A DNA stretch of 63,890 bases, counting the filler. It is 17 parts of 17 records of this genome, joined end to end, with 100 filler letters (N's around TTAATTAATTAA, not from the genome) between each part and the next. Parts side by side here need not be neighbours in the genome. Positions count along the whole stretch, not along the records: positions 5,851 to 17,847 come from SRR11831580_6234; positions 17,948 to 21,692 come from SRR11831580_6294; positions 21,793 to 24,219 come from SRR11831580_6295; positions 24,320 to 26,789 come from SRR11831580_6310; positions 26,890 to 29,165 come from SRR11831580_6313; 12 more parts are not named here. The stretch is one strand, 5' to 3'. This document shows, in pieces, positions 16,450-27,620 of the stretch; the stretch's first letter is position 1; every line of letters starts with the position of its first letter. The notes under the pieces were generated by a model, which made no database searches, was not told the origin of the DNA, and was given only the letters and a program-made list of their open reading frames with translations. The position numbers and the translations under genes were made by a program.

Positions 16450-16485
16450 TGCCGGATGCGGCGCGAGCGCCTTGTCCGGCCTACA
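16450..16485. repeat. REP element
   Basis: TGCCGGATGCGGCGCGAGCGCCTTGTCCGGCCTACA. Confidence 0.9.
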
Positions 16486-16541
16486 ATTTTCACATATTTC
16501 ATTTAGTTAATCGAAACCAGCGTCGCATCAGTCGTATACGC

Positions 16542-17847
16542 TTACACACACACTCCCCCCGTCGCCCGCAGCAATAAATCATTCTGGATCTGCTCTGACA
16601 ACCGTACGCCGCCGCGCGTATCTAACATCACCTGACACCACGCCTGCGCCATTGGCGGAGAAGCATATTTCAACATTTGCGCACCGCAGCCCAGCAGGAA
16701 TAGCTGATGAGTAATCTCTCGCCCCAGTTCTTCAGCTGGCTTACGCAGCTGCTGCTGTAAACGACGAACCGCGCGATCAAAATAGCGATCCTGCCCTTTC
16801 ACTTCCACAAATGCTTCCGACAATAAGTCGTATACGCCCGCTTGCTTATTGAGAACGCGCAACACATCCAGGCACATAATATTGCCGGAACCTTCCCAAA
16901 TACTGTTTACCGGCATCTCCCGGTAAAGCCGCGGCAGCTCACTCTCCTCGCAATAACCAATGCCGCCCAGCACCTCCATCGCTTCGGCCACAAACGGCAT
17001 ACCTCTTTTGCAGATCACAAATTTTGCCGCAGGCGTAAATAAACGCGCCCACAGGGCTTCTTTGGCATCGGCACGCCGGTCCCACGCTCGCGCAAGACGA
17101 AACAGCAACGCCGTTTGCCCTTCAAGCTGAAGTGCCATGCGACTTAAGACATGACGCATAAGGGGCTGTTGGATCAATGGATTACCAAAAACATGGCGTT
17201 GATGTGCATGATAAATCGCCAGCGAAAATGCACGGCGCATCATGGCATGGCTACCCAGGGCGCAATCAAAACGCGTCATCCCACCCATTTTCAGGATCAG
17301 ACGAATTCCTTCCCCTTCCAGCCCCAACAACCAACCAATGGCATCCTGAAACTCCACTTCGCAACTGGCGTTAGAGCGATTACCCAGCTTATCTTTCAGC
17401 CGCTCGAGGCGAATCGCGTTGCGTTGCCCGTCAGGCAAAAAGCGCGGCACAAAAAAGCAGGACAGACCACCCGCGGTCTGCGCCAGCACCAGATGCGCAT
17501 CGCTTTGCGGAACCGAGAAAAACCATTTATGCCCCACCAGCCGATAAGAGCCATCTTCCAGACGCTCTGCACGGGTGGTGTTGCTCATAACATCGGAACC
17601 GCCCTGCTTTTCCGTCATTCCCATGCCAATCAACAAACCGCGTTTTTGCCCACCTGGCAATAAGTGAGAATCGTAGCGATCGCTCAATAGCGGCGTGGTC
17701 CAGTCCTGAAACGGCGCGGGTAACATCTGTAACAACAATGGCGTGGCGGCAAAGGTCATGGTTATCGGACATAACGACCCTGCCTCAACCTGCGCATGTA
17801 ACATAAAACGCGCCGCACGCGCCACAAATGCGCCGGAGCGAGCGTCT
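16542..17847 (-). CDS. aidB: acyl-CoA dehydrogenase-like adaptive response protein, 5'-truncated
   Basis: GMTEKQGGSD, IWEGSGN motifs. Confidence 0.95.
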
Positions 17848-17947
17848 NNNNNNNNNNNNNNNNNNNNNNNNNNNNNNNNNNNNNNNNNNNNTTAATTAAT
17901 TAANNNNNNNNNNNNNNNNNNNNNNNNNNNNNNNNNNNNNNNNNNNN

Positions 17948-18152
17948 CCGCACGCAGTCGCAGAGCTTCTTCGAGACGGGCTACGCCAAAGGCGTCAGCA
18001 TCGGGGAGCGTTCGCGCGGTCTCAAGAAGACCGTGACCATAAGCGTTCGCTTTCACCACCGCAACCATTTTACTGGCAGGGGCCAGTTCACGAAGACGTT
18101 GCAGGTTGTGTCGCAGAGCGCGGCGGTTAATCACAACAGTTGCCGCTTGCAT
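17948..18152 (-). CDS. alr: alanine racemase, 3'-truncated
   Basis: [13 protein letters not shown]-lysine motif; follows dnaB. Confidence 0.95.
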
Positions 18153-18204
18153 TTGTGTTCCTTGATAAGTGTTTGCTTTAATTACCTAATTCATAAAATA
18201 ATTA

Positions 18205-19620
18205 TTATTCGTCGTCGTACTGCGGCCCCGCATAGTTGTCGAAGCGCGACCATTGACCGTTAAAGATCAGGCGTACCGTCCCGATTGGGCCGTTACGTTG
18301 TTTACCGATAATAATTTCCGCGATGCCTTTTAAATCACTGTTTTCGTGATACACCTCATCACGATAGATAAACATGATCAAGTCCGCATCCTGCTCGATA
18401 GAGCCAGATTCACGCAGGTCGGAGTTGACCGGGCGTTTGTCGGCACGTTGTTCCAGAGAACGGTTCAACTGGGACAGCGCCACCACCGGCACGTTCAGTT
18501 CTTTCGCCAGTGCTTTCAGCGAGCGAGAGATTTCTGCAATTTCCAGCGTACGGTTATCGGAAAGCGCCGGTACGCGCATCAGTTGCAGGTAGTCGATCAT
18601 GATAAGCCCGATGCCGCCGTGTTCACGGGCAATACGGCGTGCGCGGGAACGCACTTCCGTTGGCGTCAGGCCGGAGGAGTCATCGATATAGATATTGCGT
18701 TTTTCGAGCAAAATACCCATGGTGCCGGAAATGCGCGCCCAGTCTTCGTCATCGAGCTGCCCGGTACGGATTTTAGTCTGGTCAACGCGCGACAGCGACG
18801 CCAGAGAACGCATCATGATCTGTTCTGATGGCATCTCCAGCGAGAAGATAAGTACCGGTTTATCCTGCAACATCGCCGCGTTTTCGACGAGGTTCATCGC
18901 AAATGTTGTTTTACCCATCGACGGACGCGCGGCGACGATGATCAAATCCGACGGCTGCAAGCCAGCGGTTTTTTTGTTGAGATCGTCATAACCGGTGTTT
19001 ACCCCGGTAACGCCATCGTGTGGCTGCTGAAACAACTGCTCAATACGCGCCACGGTTGCGTCGAGCACATCGGCGATGTTCTTCGGCCCTTCGTCTTTGT
19101 TCGCACGACTTTCGGCAATTTTAAAGACGCGGGATTCAGCCAGATCCAGCAGATCTTCGCTGGTACGCCCCTGCGGATCAAAACCAGCTTCGGCAATCTC
19201 ATTCGCAACCGAGATCATCTCACGGACAACGGCACGTTCACGCACGATGTCCGCATAGGCACTGATGTTAGCCGCACTTGGCGTATTTTTTGACAGCTCT
19301 GCCAGATAAGCAAAACCACCGACGCTATCGAGTTGCCCCTGGCGTTCCAGCGATTCCGCAAGAGTAATCAGATCGATAGGGCTACCGCTTTCCTGCAAAC
19401 GCGCCATTTCAGTAAAGATATGACGGTGTGGGCGGGTGTAAAAATCGTCTGCTACCACACGCTCGGCTACATCATCCCAGCGTTCGTTATCTAGCATTAA
19501 ACCGCCCAACACCGACTGCTCCGCTTCGATCGAGTGCGGAGGCACTTTCAGCCCGGCAACTTGTGGATCGCGTTCGCGGGGTTCAGCCTGCTGTTTGTTG
19601 AAGGGTTTATTTCCTGCCAT
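18205..19620 (-). CDS. dnaB: replicative DNA helicase
   Basis: ARPSMGKT Walker A, DYLQL, SGSIEQDAD. Confidence 0.99.
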   Translation of the reverse strand: MAGNKPFNKQQAEPRERDPQVAGLKVPPHSIEAEQSVLGGLMLDNERWDDVAERVVADDFYTRPHRHIFTEMARLQESGSPIDLITLAESLERQGQLDSVGGFAYLAELSKNTPSAANISAYADIVRERAVVREMISVANEIAEAGFDPQGRTSEDLLDLAESRVFKIAESRANKDEGPKNIADVLDATVARIEQLFQQPHDGVTGVNTGYDDLNKKTAGLQPSDLIIVAARPSMGKTTFAMNLVENAAMLQDKPVLIFSLEMPSEQIMMRSLASLSRVDQTKIRTGQLDDEDWARISGTMGILLEKRNIYIDDSSGLTPTEVRSRARRIAREHGGIGLIMIDYLQLMRVPALSDNRTLEIAEISRSLKALAKELNVPVVALSQLNRSLEQRADKRPVNSDLRESGSIEQDADLIMFIYRDEVYHENSDLKGIAEIIIGKQRNGPIGTVRLIFNGQWSRFDNYAGPQYDDE

Positions 19621-19702
19621 AGTGAATGGAGTTACCGAGATAAAGAATGGGTCGAAACTTTATCATATGAAGCAGACCCTGACGATACGTTCTGGAGGAC
19701 AC

Positions 19703-20686
19703 ATGGCAACACGAATTGAATTTCACAAGCACGGTGGCCCGGAAGTACTTCAAGCCGTAGAGTTCACTCCTGCCGATCCGGCGGAGAATGAAATCCAGGT
19801 CGAAAATAAAGCCATCGGCATCAATTTTATCGACACATATATCCGCAGCGGCCTTTACCCGCCGCCATCGCTACCCAGCGGATTAGGCACCGAAGCAGCA
19901 GGCATCGTGAGTAAAGTCGGCAGTGGTGTAAAGCATATTAAGGCAGGCGATCGTGTAGTCTATGCGCAGTCGGCGTTAGGCGCTTACAGCTCTGTGCATA
20001 ACATTATTGCGGATAAAGCGGCGATTCTGCCTGCGGCAATTTCTTTTGAGCAAGCTGCGGCATCCTTCCTGAAAGGCTTAACGGTTTATTATCTGCTGCG
20101 CAAAACCTATGAAATTAAACCCGATGAACAGTTCCTGTTCCACGCAGCGGCTGGCGGCGTTGGCTTAATTGCCTGCCAGTGGGCAAAAGCCCTGGGCGCG
20201 AAACTTATCGGCACCGTAGGAACCGCGCAAAAAGCGCAGAGCGCGCTAAAAGCGGGCGCGTGGCAGGTTATTAACTATCGTGAAGAGGATCTGGTCGAGC
20301 GGTTAAAAGAGATCACCGGCGGTAAGAAAGTGCGCGTGGTGTACGATTCCGTGGGCAGAGACACCTGGGAACGGTCGCTGGATTGCCTGCAACGCCGCGG
20401 CTTAATGGTCAGTTTTGGCAACTCATCAGGTGCGGTTACCGGTGTGAACTTAGGCATTCTCAATCAAAAAGGCTCGTTGTATGTGACACGCCCTTCCCTG
20501 CAAGGCTATATCACCACGCGGGAGGAATTAACCGAGGCCAGTAATGAACTGTTCTCTTTGATTGCCAGCGGTGTGATTAAGGTCGATGTCGCCGAGCAGC
20601 AGAAATATCCGCTGAAGGATGCGCAGCGTGCGCATGAGATTCTGGAAAGCCGGGCGACGCAAGGTTCCAGCCTGCTGATTCCATAA
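19703..20686 (+). CDS. qorA: quinone oxidoreductase (zeta-crystallin family)
   Basis: HAAAGGVG; 327 aa; GGAGG SD. Confidence 0.95.
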   Translation: MATRIEFHKHGGPEVLQAVEFTPADPAENEIQVENKAIGINFIDTYIRSGLYPPPSLPSGLGTEAAGIVSKVGSGVKHIKAGDRVVYAQSALGAYSSVHNIIADKAAILPAAISFEQAAASFLKGLTVYYLLRKTYEIKPDEQFLFHAAAGGVGLIACQWAKALGAKLIGTVGTAQKAQSALKAGAWQVINYREEDLVERLKEITGGKKVRVVYDSVGRDTWERSLDCLQRRGLMVSFGNSSGAVTGVNLGILNQKGSLYVTRPSLQGYITTREELTEASNELFSLIASGVIKVDVAEQQKYPLKDAQRAHEILESRATQGSSLLIP

Positions 20687-20724
20687 AAGAAATAGGGCTT
20701 CCACCTGGGAAGCCCTTTCTTTTT
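20687..20724. terminator. bidirectional terminator between qorA and pspG
   Basis: AGGGCTTCC-ACCT-GGGAAGCCCT flanked by A and T tracts. Confidence 0.75.
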
Positions 20725-20851
20725 ATAGTTCGGCTGTATGTAGGGTACAGCACGATGAATCTGTTAGAGGCGCAATAGTGACAGATTTGATTATCAATTC
20801 CTATTTTGTTCTAAGGATAAAACCTTAGGTTGTGATCATCCGCACAATCCC

Positions 20852-21094
20852 TTAGTAACGCCAGCGGTCATAACGCTGATATTTCGGCACTTTTGGTGCT
20901 TTAATCGCCTTAATAACCCACACCACCGCAATCGCCAGTAGTAACCACGGCAGCAACTTAATCATCAATGCCAGCATACCGCCGAGGAACATAATGGCCG
21001 TCGCCACAACCAGCGCGGCGATAATGCCCAGCAACGAAACGCCGGTGACCATCAGCATGACAAAAAAGCCAATCACAAAAAGTAGTTCCAGCAT
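20852..21094 (-). CDS. pspG: phage shock protein G
   Basis: MLELLFVIGFF..., 80 aa membrane protein. Confidence 0.93.
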   Translation of the reverse strand: MLELLFVIGFFVMLMVTGVSLLGIIAALVVATAIMFLGGMLALMIKLLPWLLLAIAVVWVIKAIKAPKVPKYQRYDRWRY

Positions 21095-21129
21095 GATGCT
21101 CTCCCAAATATGAAATCTCTTGCTGGCAT

Positions 21130-21146
21130 TACAAGAATCATGCCAA
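21130..21146 (-). promoter_or_regulatory. sigma-54 promoter of pspG
   Basis: minus strand TTGGCATGATTCTTGTA (-24/-12 like). Confidence 0.65.
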
Positions 21147-21227
21147 AAATAATCTATTGATTTAACAGCAAAACGCCCCGCGACGGTGCGCAGGGCGTGG
21201 TGAATTTGACTACTTTTTGGTGAAAAG

Positions 21228-21692
21228 TTAACGCTTATCCGCCACCAGTTTGAGCGCGTGTTCCAGCACATTAATGTCTGCACCCGCTTTATGGGCATTT
21301 TCACTTAAATAACGCCGCCACTGCCGCGCGCCAGGAATACCCTGGAACAAGCCCAACATATGCCGGGTAATATGGCCGAGATACGTCCCCTGGCTGAGTT
21401 CACGCTCAATGTACGGATACATGGCGCGCACTACCGCCACCGGATCGGCATCGGTATCCGAGGAACCAAAGATCTCCCGGTCTACCGCCGCCAGAATACC
21501 CGGATTCTGATACGCCTCGCGCCCGACCATCACGCCATCCATATGTTGCAGGTGTGCTTTGGCCTCTTCCAGCGACTTGATACCACCGTTAATCGACATT
21601 GTCAGATGCGGAAAGTCACGCTTCAGTTGATACACACGCGGATAATCGAGCGGCGGGATTTCACGGTTTTCTTTCGGGCTTAACCCCGAAAG
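21228..21692 (-). CDS. dusA: tRNA-dihydrouridine synthase A, 5'-truncated
   Basis: [14 protein letters not shown] motifs. Confidence 0.93.
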   Translation of the reverse strand, partial: LSGLSPKENREIPPLDYPRVYQLKRDFPHLTMSINGGIKSLEEAKAHLQHMDGVMVGREAYQNPGILAAVDREIFGSSDTDADPVAVVRAMYPYIERELSQGTYLGHITRHMLGLFQGIPGARQWRRYLSENAHKAGADINVLEHALKLVADKR

Positions 21693-21792
21693 NNNNNNNN
21701 NNNNNNNNNNNNNNNNNNNNNNNNNNNNNNNNNNNNTTAATTAATTAANNNNNNNNNNNNNNNNNNNNNNNNNNNNNNNNNNNNNNNNNNNN

Positions 21793-22906
21793 GATGGATG
21801 ACAACGAAGGATCGCTGACGCTTGCAACCCGTTTCGACCTCGCCATCAAAGCCTTCGAACACACTGCCGCCTACGACAGCATGATTGCCAACTACTTCGG
21901 CAGCATGGTTCCGGCTTACCACGGTGAAAGCAAAGAAGCCGCCGGTCGCTTCCCACGCACGCTGAACCTGAACTTCATTAAGAAGCTGGATATGCGTTAC
22001 GGCGAGAACAGCCACCAGCAGGCTGCCTTCTATATAGAAGAGAATGTGAAAGAAGCCTCCGTTGCTACCGCAACCCAGGTTCAGGGTAAAGCCCTCTCTT
22101 ATAACAACATCGCCGATACCGATGCGGCGCTGGAGTGCGTGAAAGAGTTCGCCGAGCCGGCATGTGTGATTGTGAAGCACGCCAACCCTTGCGGCGTGGC
22201 TATCGGCAATTCCATTCTTGATGCTTACGATCGCGCGTACAAAACCGACCCAACCTCCGCATTCGGCGGCATCATTGCCTTTAACCGCGAGCTGGATGCG
22301 GAAACCGCACAGGCCATCATTTCTCGTCAGTTTGTCGAAGTGATTATTGCGCCGTCCGCCAGCGAAGAAGCCCTGAAAATCACCGCCGCCAAACAGAACG
22401 TACGCGTTCTGACCTGCGGTCAGTGGGGCGAGCGTGTTCCGGGCCTCGATTTCAAACGCGTGAACGGCGGTCTGCTGGTTCAGGATCGTGACCTGGGGAT
22501 GGTCGGTGCGGAAGAACTGCGCGTGGTGACCAAACGTCAGCCGAGCGAACAGGAACTGCGTGATGCGCTGTTCTGCTGGAAGGTGGCGAAGTTTGTGAAA
22601 TCCAACGCTATCGTCTATGCCAAAAACAATATGACTATCGGCATTGGCGCGGGCCAGATGAGCCGCGTGTACTCCGCAAAAATCGCCGGTATTAAAGCGG
22701 CCGATGAAGGCCTGGAAGTGAAAGGTTCCTCGATGGCTTCTGACGCGTTCTTCCCGTTCCGCGACGGTATTGATGCCGCCGCCGCTGCGGGCGTGACCTG
22801 CGTAATCCAGCCTGGCGGTTCTATCCGTGATGACGAAGTGATTGCCGCCGCCGACGAGCACGGTATTGCGATGCTCTTCACCGACATGCGCCACTTCCGC
22901 CATTAA
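21793..22906 (+). CDS. purH: AICAR transformylase/IMP cyclohydrolase, 5'-truncated
   Basis: [20 protein letters not shown]. Confidence 0.98.
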
Positions 22907-22917
22907 TGGAGCAATAG

Positions 22918-24207
22918 ATGAAAGTATTAGTGATTGGTAACGGCGGGCGCGAGCACGCGCTGGCCTGGAAAGCGGCCCAGTCGCCGCTGGTTGAGACTGT
23001 TTTTGTTGCTCCGGGTAATGCAGGCACTGCACTGGAACCCGCGCTGCAAAACGTTGCTATTGGCGTGACCGATATCCCGGCGCTGTTGGATTTCGCACAA
23101 AACGAAAAGATTGATCTGACCATCGTCGGCCCGGAAGCGCCGCTGGTGAAAGGCGTGGTCGATACCTTCCGCGCCGCCGGGCTGAAAATCTTCGGCCCAA
23201 CCGCAGGTGCGGCCCAACTGGAAGGCTCAAAAGCGTTTACCAAAGATTTCCTGGCCCGCCATAAGATCCCTACGGCGGAATACCAGAACTTCACCGAGGT
23301 AGAACCTGCGCTGGCGTATCTGCGTGAGAAAGGCGCGCCAATCGTCATTAAAGCGGACGGTCTGGCTGCCGGGAAAGGCGTTATCGTGGCGATGACGCTG
23401 GAAGAAGCGGAAGCGGCTGTTCACGATATGCTGGCGGGCAACGCTTTTGGCGACGCGGGTCATCGCATCGTTATCGAAGAGTTCCTCGATGGCGAAGAAG
23501 CGAGCTTTATCGTGATGGTGGACGGCGAGCATGTGCTGCCGATGGCTACCAGCCAGGATCACAAACGCGTAGGCGATAAAGATACCGGACCAAACACCGG
23601 CGGGATGGGCGCTTACTCCCCCGCGCCGGTAGTAACCGATGACGTTCATCAGCGCACCATGGAACGTATTATCTGGCCAACCGTGAAAGGCATGGCGGCG
23701 GAAGGCAACACCTACACCGGTTTTCTCTACGCGGGCCTGATGATCGACAAACAGGGCAATCCGAAGGTTATTGAATTTAACTGCCGCTTTGGCGATCCGG
23801 AAACCCAGCCGATTATGCTGCGCATGAAGTCCGATCTGGTTGAGCTCTGCCTGGCGGCCTGTGAAAGCAAACTGGACGAGAAAACGTCCGAGTGGGATGA
23901 ACGCGCTTCTCTCGGCGTGGTGATGGCTGCGGGTGGATATCCGGGTGATTACCGCACCGGTGACGTGATCCACGGCCTGCCGCTGGAAGAAGTGGCAGGC
24001 GGCAAAGTGTTCCACGCGGGCACAAAACTGGCGGATGACGAGCAGGTAGTGACCAACGGCGGGCGCGTACTGTGCGTCACCGCGCTGGGTCATACCGTGG
24101 CAGAAGCGCAGAAACGCGCCTATGCCTTAATGACCGATATCCACTGGGACGACTGCTTCTGCCGGAAAGATATCGGCTGGCGCGCTATCGAACGCGAGCA
24201 GAACTAA
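22918..24207 (+). CDS. purD: phosphoribosylamine-glycine ligase
   Basis: GNGGREHA, GPNTGGMG, RFGDPE. Confidence 0.98.
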   Translation: MKVLVIGNGGREHALAWKAAQSPLVETVFVAPGNAGTALEPALQNVAIGVTDIPALLDFAQNEKIDLTIVGPEAPLVKGVVDTFRAAGLKIFGPTAGAAQLEGSKAFTKDFLARHKIPTAEYQNFTEVEPALAYLREKGAPIVIKADGLAAGKGVIVAMTLEEAEAAVHDMLAGNAFGDAGHRIVIEEFLDGEEASFIVMVDGEHVLPMATSQDHKRVGDKDTGPNTGGMGAYSPAPVVTDDVHQRTMERIIWPTVKGMAAEGNTYTGFLYAGLMIDKQGNPKVIEFNCRFGDPETQPIMLRMKSDLVELCLAACESKLDEKTSEWDERASLGVVMAAGGYPGDYRTGDVIHGLPLEEVAGGKVFHAGTKLADDEQVVTNGGRVLCVTALGHTVAEAQKRAYALMTDIHWDDCFCRKDIGWRAIEREQN

Positions 24208-24319
24208 CGCGACAGTTTTNNNNNNNNNNNNNNNNNNNNNNNNNNNNNNNNNNNNNNNNNNNNTTAATTAATTAANNNNNNNNNNNNNNNNNNNNNNNNN
24301 NNNNNNNNNNNNNNNNNNN

Positions 24320-26605
24320 CCCTCTTTCATGACGCAGGCGACGCCAGCAACGCAACCACTGATCAATGCTGAGCCAGCTGTAGCCGCCCAGACGGAACAA
24401 AATCCGCAGGTGGGGCAAGTGATGCCGGGCGTGCAGGGCGCTGATGCGCCAGTCGTGGCGCAGAACGGTCCTTCGCGTGATGTGAAGCTGACCTTTGCGC
24501 AAATTGCACCGCCGCCGGGCAGCATGGTGCTACGTGGCATTAACCCGAACGGCAGCATTGAGTTTGGTATGCGCAGCGATGAAGTGGTGACGAAGGCGAT
24601 GCTCAACCTCGAATACACCCCATCGCCATCGTTACTGCCTGTCCAGTCGCAGTTAAAGGTTTATCTCAATGATGAACTGATGGGCGTGCTGCCAGTGACC
24701 AAAGAACAGTTGGGTAAAAAAACGCTGGCGCAAATGCCCATTAACCCACTGTTTATTAGCGACTTCAACCGTGTACGGCTGGAGTTTGTCGGCCATTATC
24801 AGGACGTGTGCGAAAAACCGGCCAGCACCACGCTTTGGCTGGATGTTGGGCGGAGCAGTGGACTGGATCTGACCTATCAGACCCTGAATGTGAAGAATGA
24901 CCTGTCACACTTCCCGGTGCCATTCTTTGACCCGAGCGATAACCGCACCAACACCTTGCCGATGGTCTTTGCGGGTGCGCCGGATGTTGGGCTGCAACAA
25001 GCCTCTGCCATTGTCGCCTCGTGGTTTGGTTCGCGTTCTGGCTGGCGTGGGCAGAACTTCCCGGTACTCTATAACCAACTGCCGGATCGCAATGCCATTG
25101 TCTTTGCAACCAACGACAAACGGCCGGACTTCCTGCGCGATCATCCGGCGGTAAAAGCCCCGGTGATTGAGATGATTAACCATCCGCAGAATCCTTACGT
25201 CAAACTGCTGGTGGTGTTTGGTCGTGACGACAAAGACCTGTTGCAGGCAGCGAAAGGTATCGCTCAGGGTAACATTCTGTTCCGTGGTGAAAGCGTGGTA
25301 GTGAATGAAGTGAAACCGCTGCTACCGCGTAAGCCGTACGATGCGCCGAACTGGGTACGTACCGATCGTCCGGTCACATTTGGCGAACTGAAAACCTATG
25401 AAGAACAGTTACAATCCAGCGGTCTTGAGCCAGCAGCGATTAACGTTTCGCTAAACCTGCCGCCGGATCTCTACCTGATGCGCAGTACCGGCATTGATAT
25501 GGATATTAATTACCGCTACACCATGCCGCCGGTGAAAGACAGTTCGCGGATGGATATCAGCCTGAATAACCAGTTCCTGCAATCCTTCAACCTGAGCAGC
25601 AAACAGGAGGCGAACCGCCTGCTGCTGCGGATTCCGGTATTACAAGGTTTGCTGGATGGCAAAACAGATGTCTCTATTCCGGCGCTGAAACTGGGCGCGA
25701 CCAACCAGCTGCGCTTCGACTTTGAGTATATGAACCCGATGCCGGGCGGTTCGGTGGATAACTGTATTACCTTCCAGCCGGTGCAGAATCATGTGGTGAT
25801 TGGTGACGACTCCACCATCGACTTCTCGAAGTATTACCACTTCATCCCGATGCCGGATCTACGCGCCTTTGCTAACGCGGGCTTCCCATTCAGCCGGATG
25901 GCGGATCTGTCGCAAACCATCACCGTGATGCCGAAAGCGCCTAACGAAGCACAGATGGAAACGTTGCTGAATACTGTTGGTTTTATCGGCGCACAGACGG
26001 GCTTCCCGGCGATTAATCTGACGGTGACCGATGATGGCAGCACCATTCAGGGCAAAGATGCCGACATCATGATCATCGGTGGTATCCCGGACAAACTGAA
26101 AGACGATAAGCAGATCGACCTATTGGTGCAGGCGACCGAAAGCTGGGTGAAAACACCGATGCGCCAGACCCCGTTCCCCGGCATTGTGCCGGACGAGAGC
26201 GATCGCGCGGCAGAAACCCGGTCAACGCTGACCTCTTCCGGTGCGATGGCGGCGGTGATTGGCTTCCAGTCGCCGTATAACGACCAGCGCAGCGTGATTG
26301 CGCTGTTGGCAGATAGCCCACGCGGTTATGAAATGCTTAACGATGCGGTGAACGATAGCGGCAAACGCGCCACCATGTTCGGTTCGGTCGCGGTGATCCG
26401 CGAGTCCGGTATCAACAGCCTACGTGTTGGCGACGTTTATTACGTAGGTCATCTGCCGTGGTTCGAGCGCGTGTGGTATGCGCTGGCAAACCATCCGATT
26501 CTGCTGGCGGTGCTGGCGGCTATCAGTGTGATATTGCTGGCATGGGTACTGTGGCGTCTGCTGCGAATTATTAGTCGTCGTCGTCTTAACCCGGATAACG
26601 AGTAA
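24320..26605 (+). CDS. bcsB: cellulose synthase periplasmic subunit, 5'-truncated
   Basis: BcsB-type sequence with C-terminal TM helix; followed by bcsZ. Confidence 0.95.
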   Translation, partial: PSFMTQATPATQPLINAEPAVAAQTEQNPQVGQVMPGVQGADAPVVAQNGPSRDVKLTFAQIAPPPGSMVLRGINPNGSIEFGMRSDEVVTKAMLNLEYTPSPSLLPVQSQLKVYLNDELMGVLPVTKEQLGKKTLAQMPINPLFISDFNRVRLEFVGHYQDVCEKPASTTLWLDVGRSSGLDLTYQTLNVKNDLSHFPVPFFDPSDNRTNTLPMVFAGAPDVGLQQASAIVASWFGSRSGWRGQNFPVLYNQLPDRNAIVFATNDKRPDFLRDHPAVKAPVIEMINHPQNPYVKLLVVFGRDDKDLLQAAKGIAQGNILFRGESVVVNEVKPLLPRKPYDAPNWVRTDRPVTFGELKTYEEQLQSSGLEPAAINVSLNLPPDLYLMRSTGIDMDINYRYTMPPVKDSSRMDISLNNQFLQSFNLSSKQEANRLLLRIPVLQGLLDGKTDVSIPALKLGATNQLRFDFEYMNPMPGGSVDNCITFQPVQNHVVIGDDSTIDFSKYYHFIPMPDLRAFANAGFPFSRMADLSQTITVMPKAPNEAQMETLLNTVGFIGAQTGFPAINLTVTDDGSTIQGKDADIMIIGGIPDKLKDDKQIDLLVQATESWVKTPMRQTPFPGIVPDESDRAAETRSTLTSSGAMAAVIGFQSPYNDQRSVIALLADSPRGYEMLNDAVNDSGKRATMFGSVAVIRESGINSLRVGDVYYVGHLPWFERVWYALANHPILLAVLAAISVILLAWVLWRLLRIISRRRLNPDNE

Positions 26606-26611
26606 TTGAAG

Positions 26612-26789
26612 ATGAATGTGTTGCGTAGTGGAATCGTGACGATGCTGCTGCTGGCTGCCTTTAGTGTTCAGGCAGCCTGTACCTGGCCTGCCTGGGAGCA
26701 GTTTAAAAAGGATTACATCAGTCAGGAAGGGCGCGTCATCGACCCCAGCGACGCGCGCAAAATCACCACCTCCGAAGGGCAAAGTTACG
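26612..26789 (+). CDS. bcsZ: endo-1,4-glucanase (GH8), 3'-truncated
   Basis: signal peptide, TTSEGQSY motif. Confidence 0.93.
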
Positions 26790-26889
26790 NNNNNNNNNNN
26801 NNNNNNNNNNNNNNNNNNNNNNNNNNNNNNNNNTTAATTAATTAANNNNNNNNNNNNNNNNNNNNNNNNNNNNNNNNNNNNNNNNNNNN

Positions 26890-27332
26890 CGCCTGGGGTG
26901 GCATGCCTGATGAGCGCGCAATGGGGGTAGAAAGGCAAGGACGTACCAACACAGCCAACAATGCGAGTATCCAAGGCAGACTCAACAACTACGGGCGCGT
27001 CCGCAGTGCCGAAAGGACCCTTGAGCGGCTCGCGATCAAACAGCTTGATGCCGGCCTTCAAGGCCTCCAACTCAATCTTCTCACGACCGGTGATCTGCTC
27101 TTCTCCGGGCAACCGAGACGCGGACGCTACAAACTCTACGTTAACAAACACGCGTACAATTTACGCGCCGACGGTCCAGACGTACATGCAGCGGGAGCCT
27201 CTATAAATTCATAAGAACAAGTACGCATTAATGAGGGACGTAAAACGTACGCGAAGCACTAGCGCGGAGAAAGAATTGATTCGATGATCCTCGCCGAAGA
27301 GCAGCACCGAACGAGCGAAGCAGTAGCGCCAT
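26890..27332 (-). CDS. COX5B: eukaryotic cytochrome c oxidase subunit 5B (spliced, 3'-truncated)
   Basis: manual exons 27332-27251, 27200-27186, 27126-26947, 26906-26890: MALLLRSFGAALRRGSSNQFFLRAS (mitochondrial presequence-like)...EQITGREKIEL...GPFGTADAPVVVES...RIVGCVG. Confidence 0.82.
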
Positions 27333-27620
27333 CTAGATGTCCTTGGCAACGCAGAAACTGACTCGGCAGGTGGCTCAGGGGTGGCTACGAAAACGCGCTG
27401 TATCGGGGCGTGAATGTGGGCTGCGCGATTTATGCTTGCATACTGCTGCGCGTTGGTGCATAGCGGCGTGTACCCTGATGTGGTGTGTTTTGCACAACCA
27501 TTCGTTCCGTTGACGAGAAAATGTTCACCCACGTTGCACGGCGCACGCTTTTGTCGTCGTTCCGTCTTTGCTCTATCTTGTGTCTGTCTTCTCTTGGAAG
27601 GCTCAGTAACTGTTGTATAA

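Noticed and set aside
27134-27186. Possible UAG reassignment (in-frame TAG formed at one COX5B splice junction)
   Set aside because: An acceptor 9 nt downstream restores the frame, and no other in-frame TAG or TAA appeared in the reconstructed eukaryotic exons.
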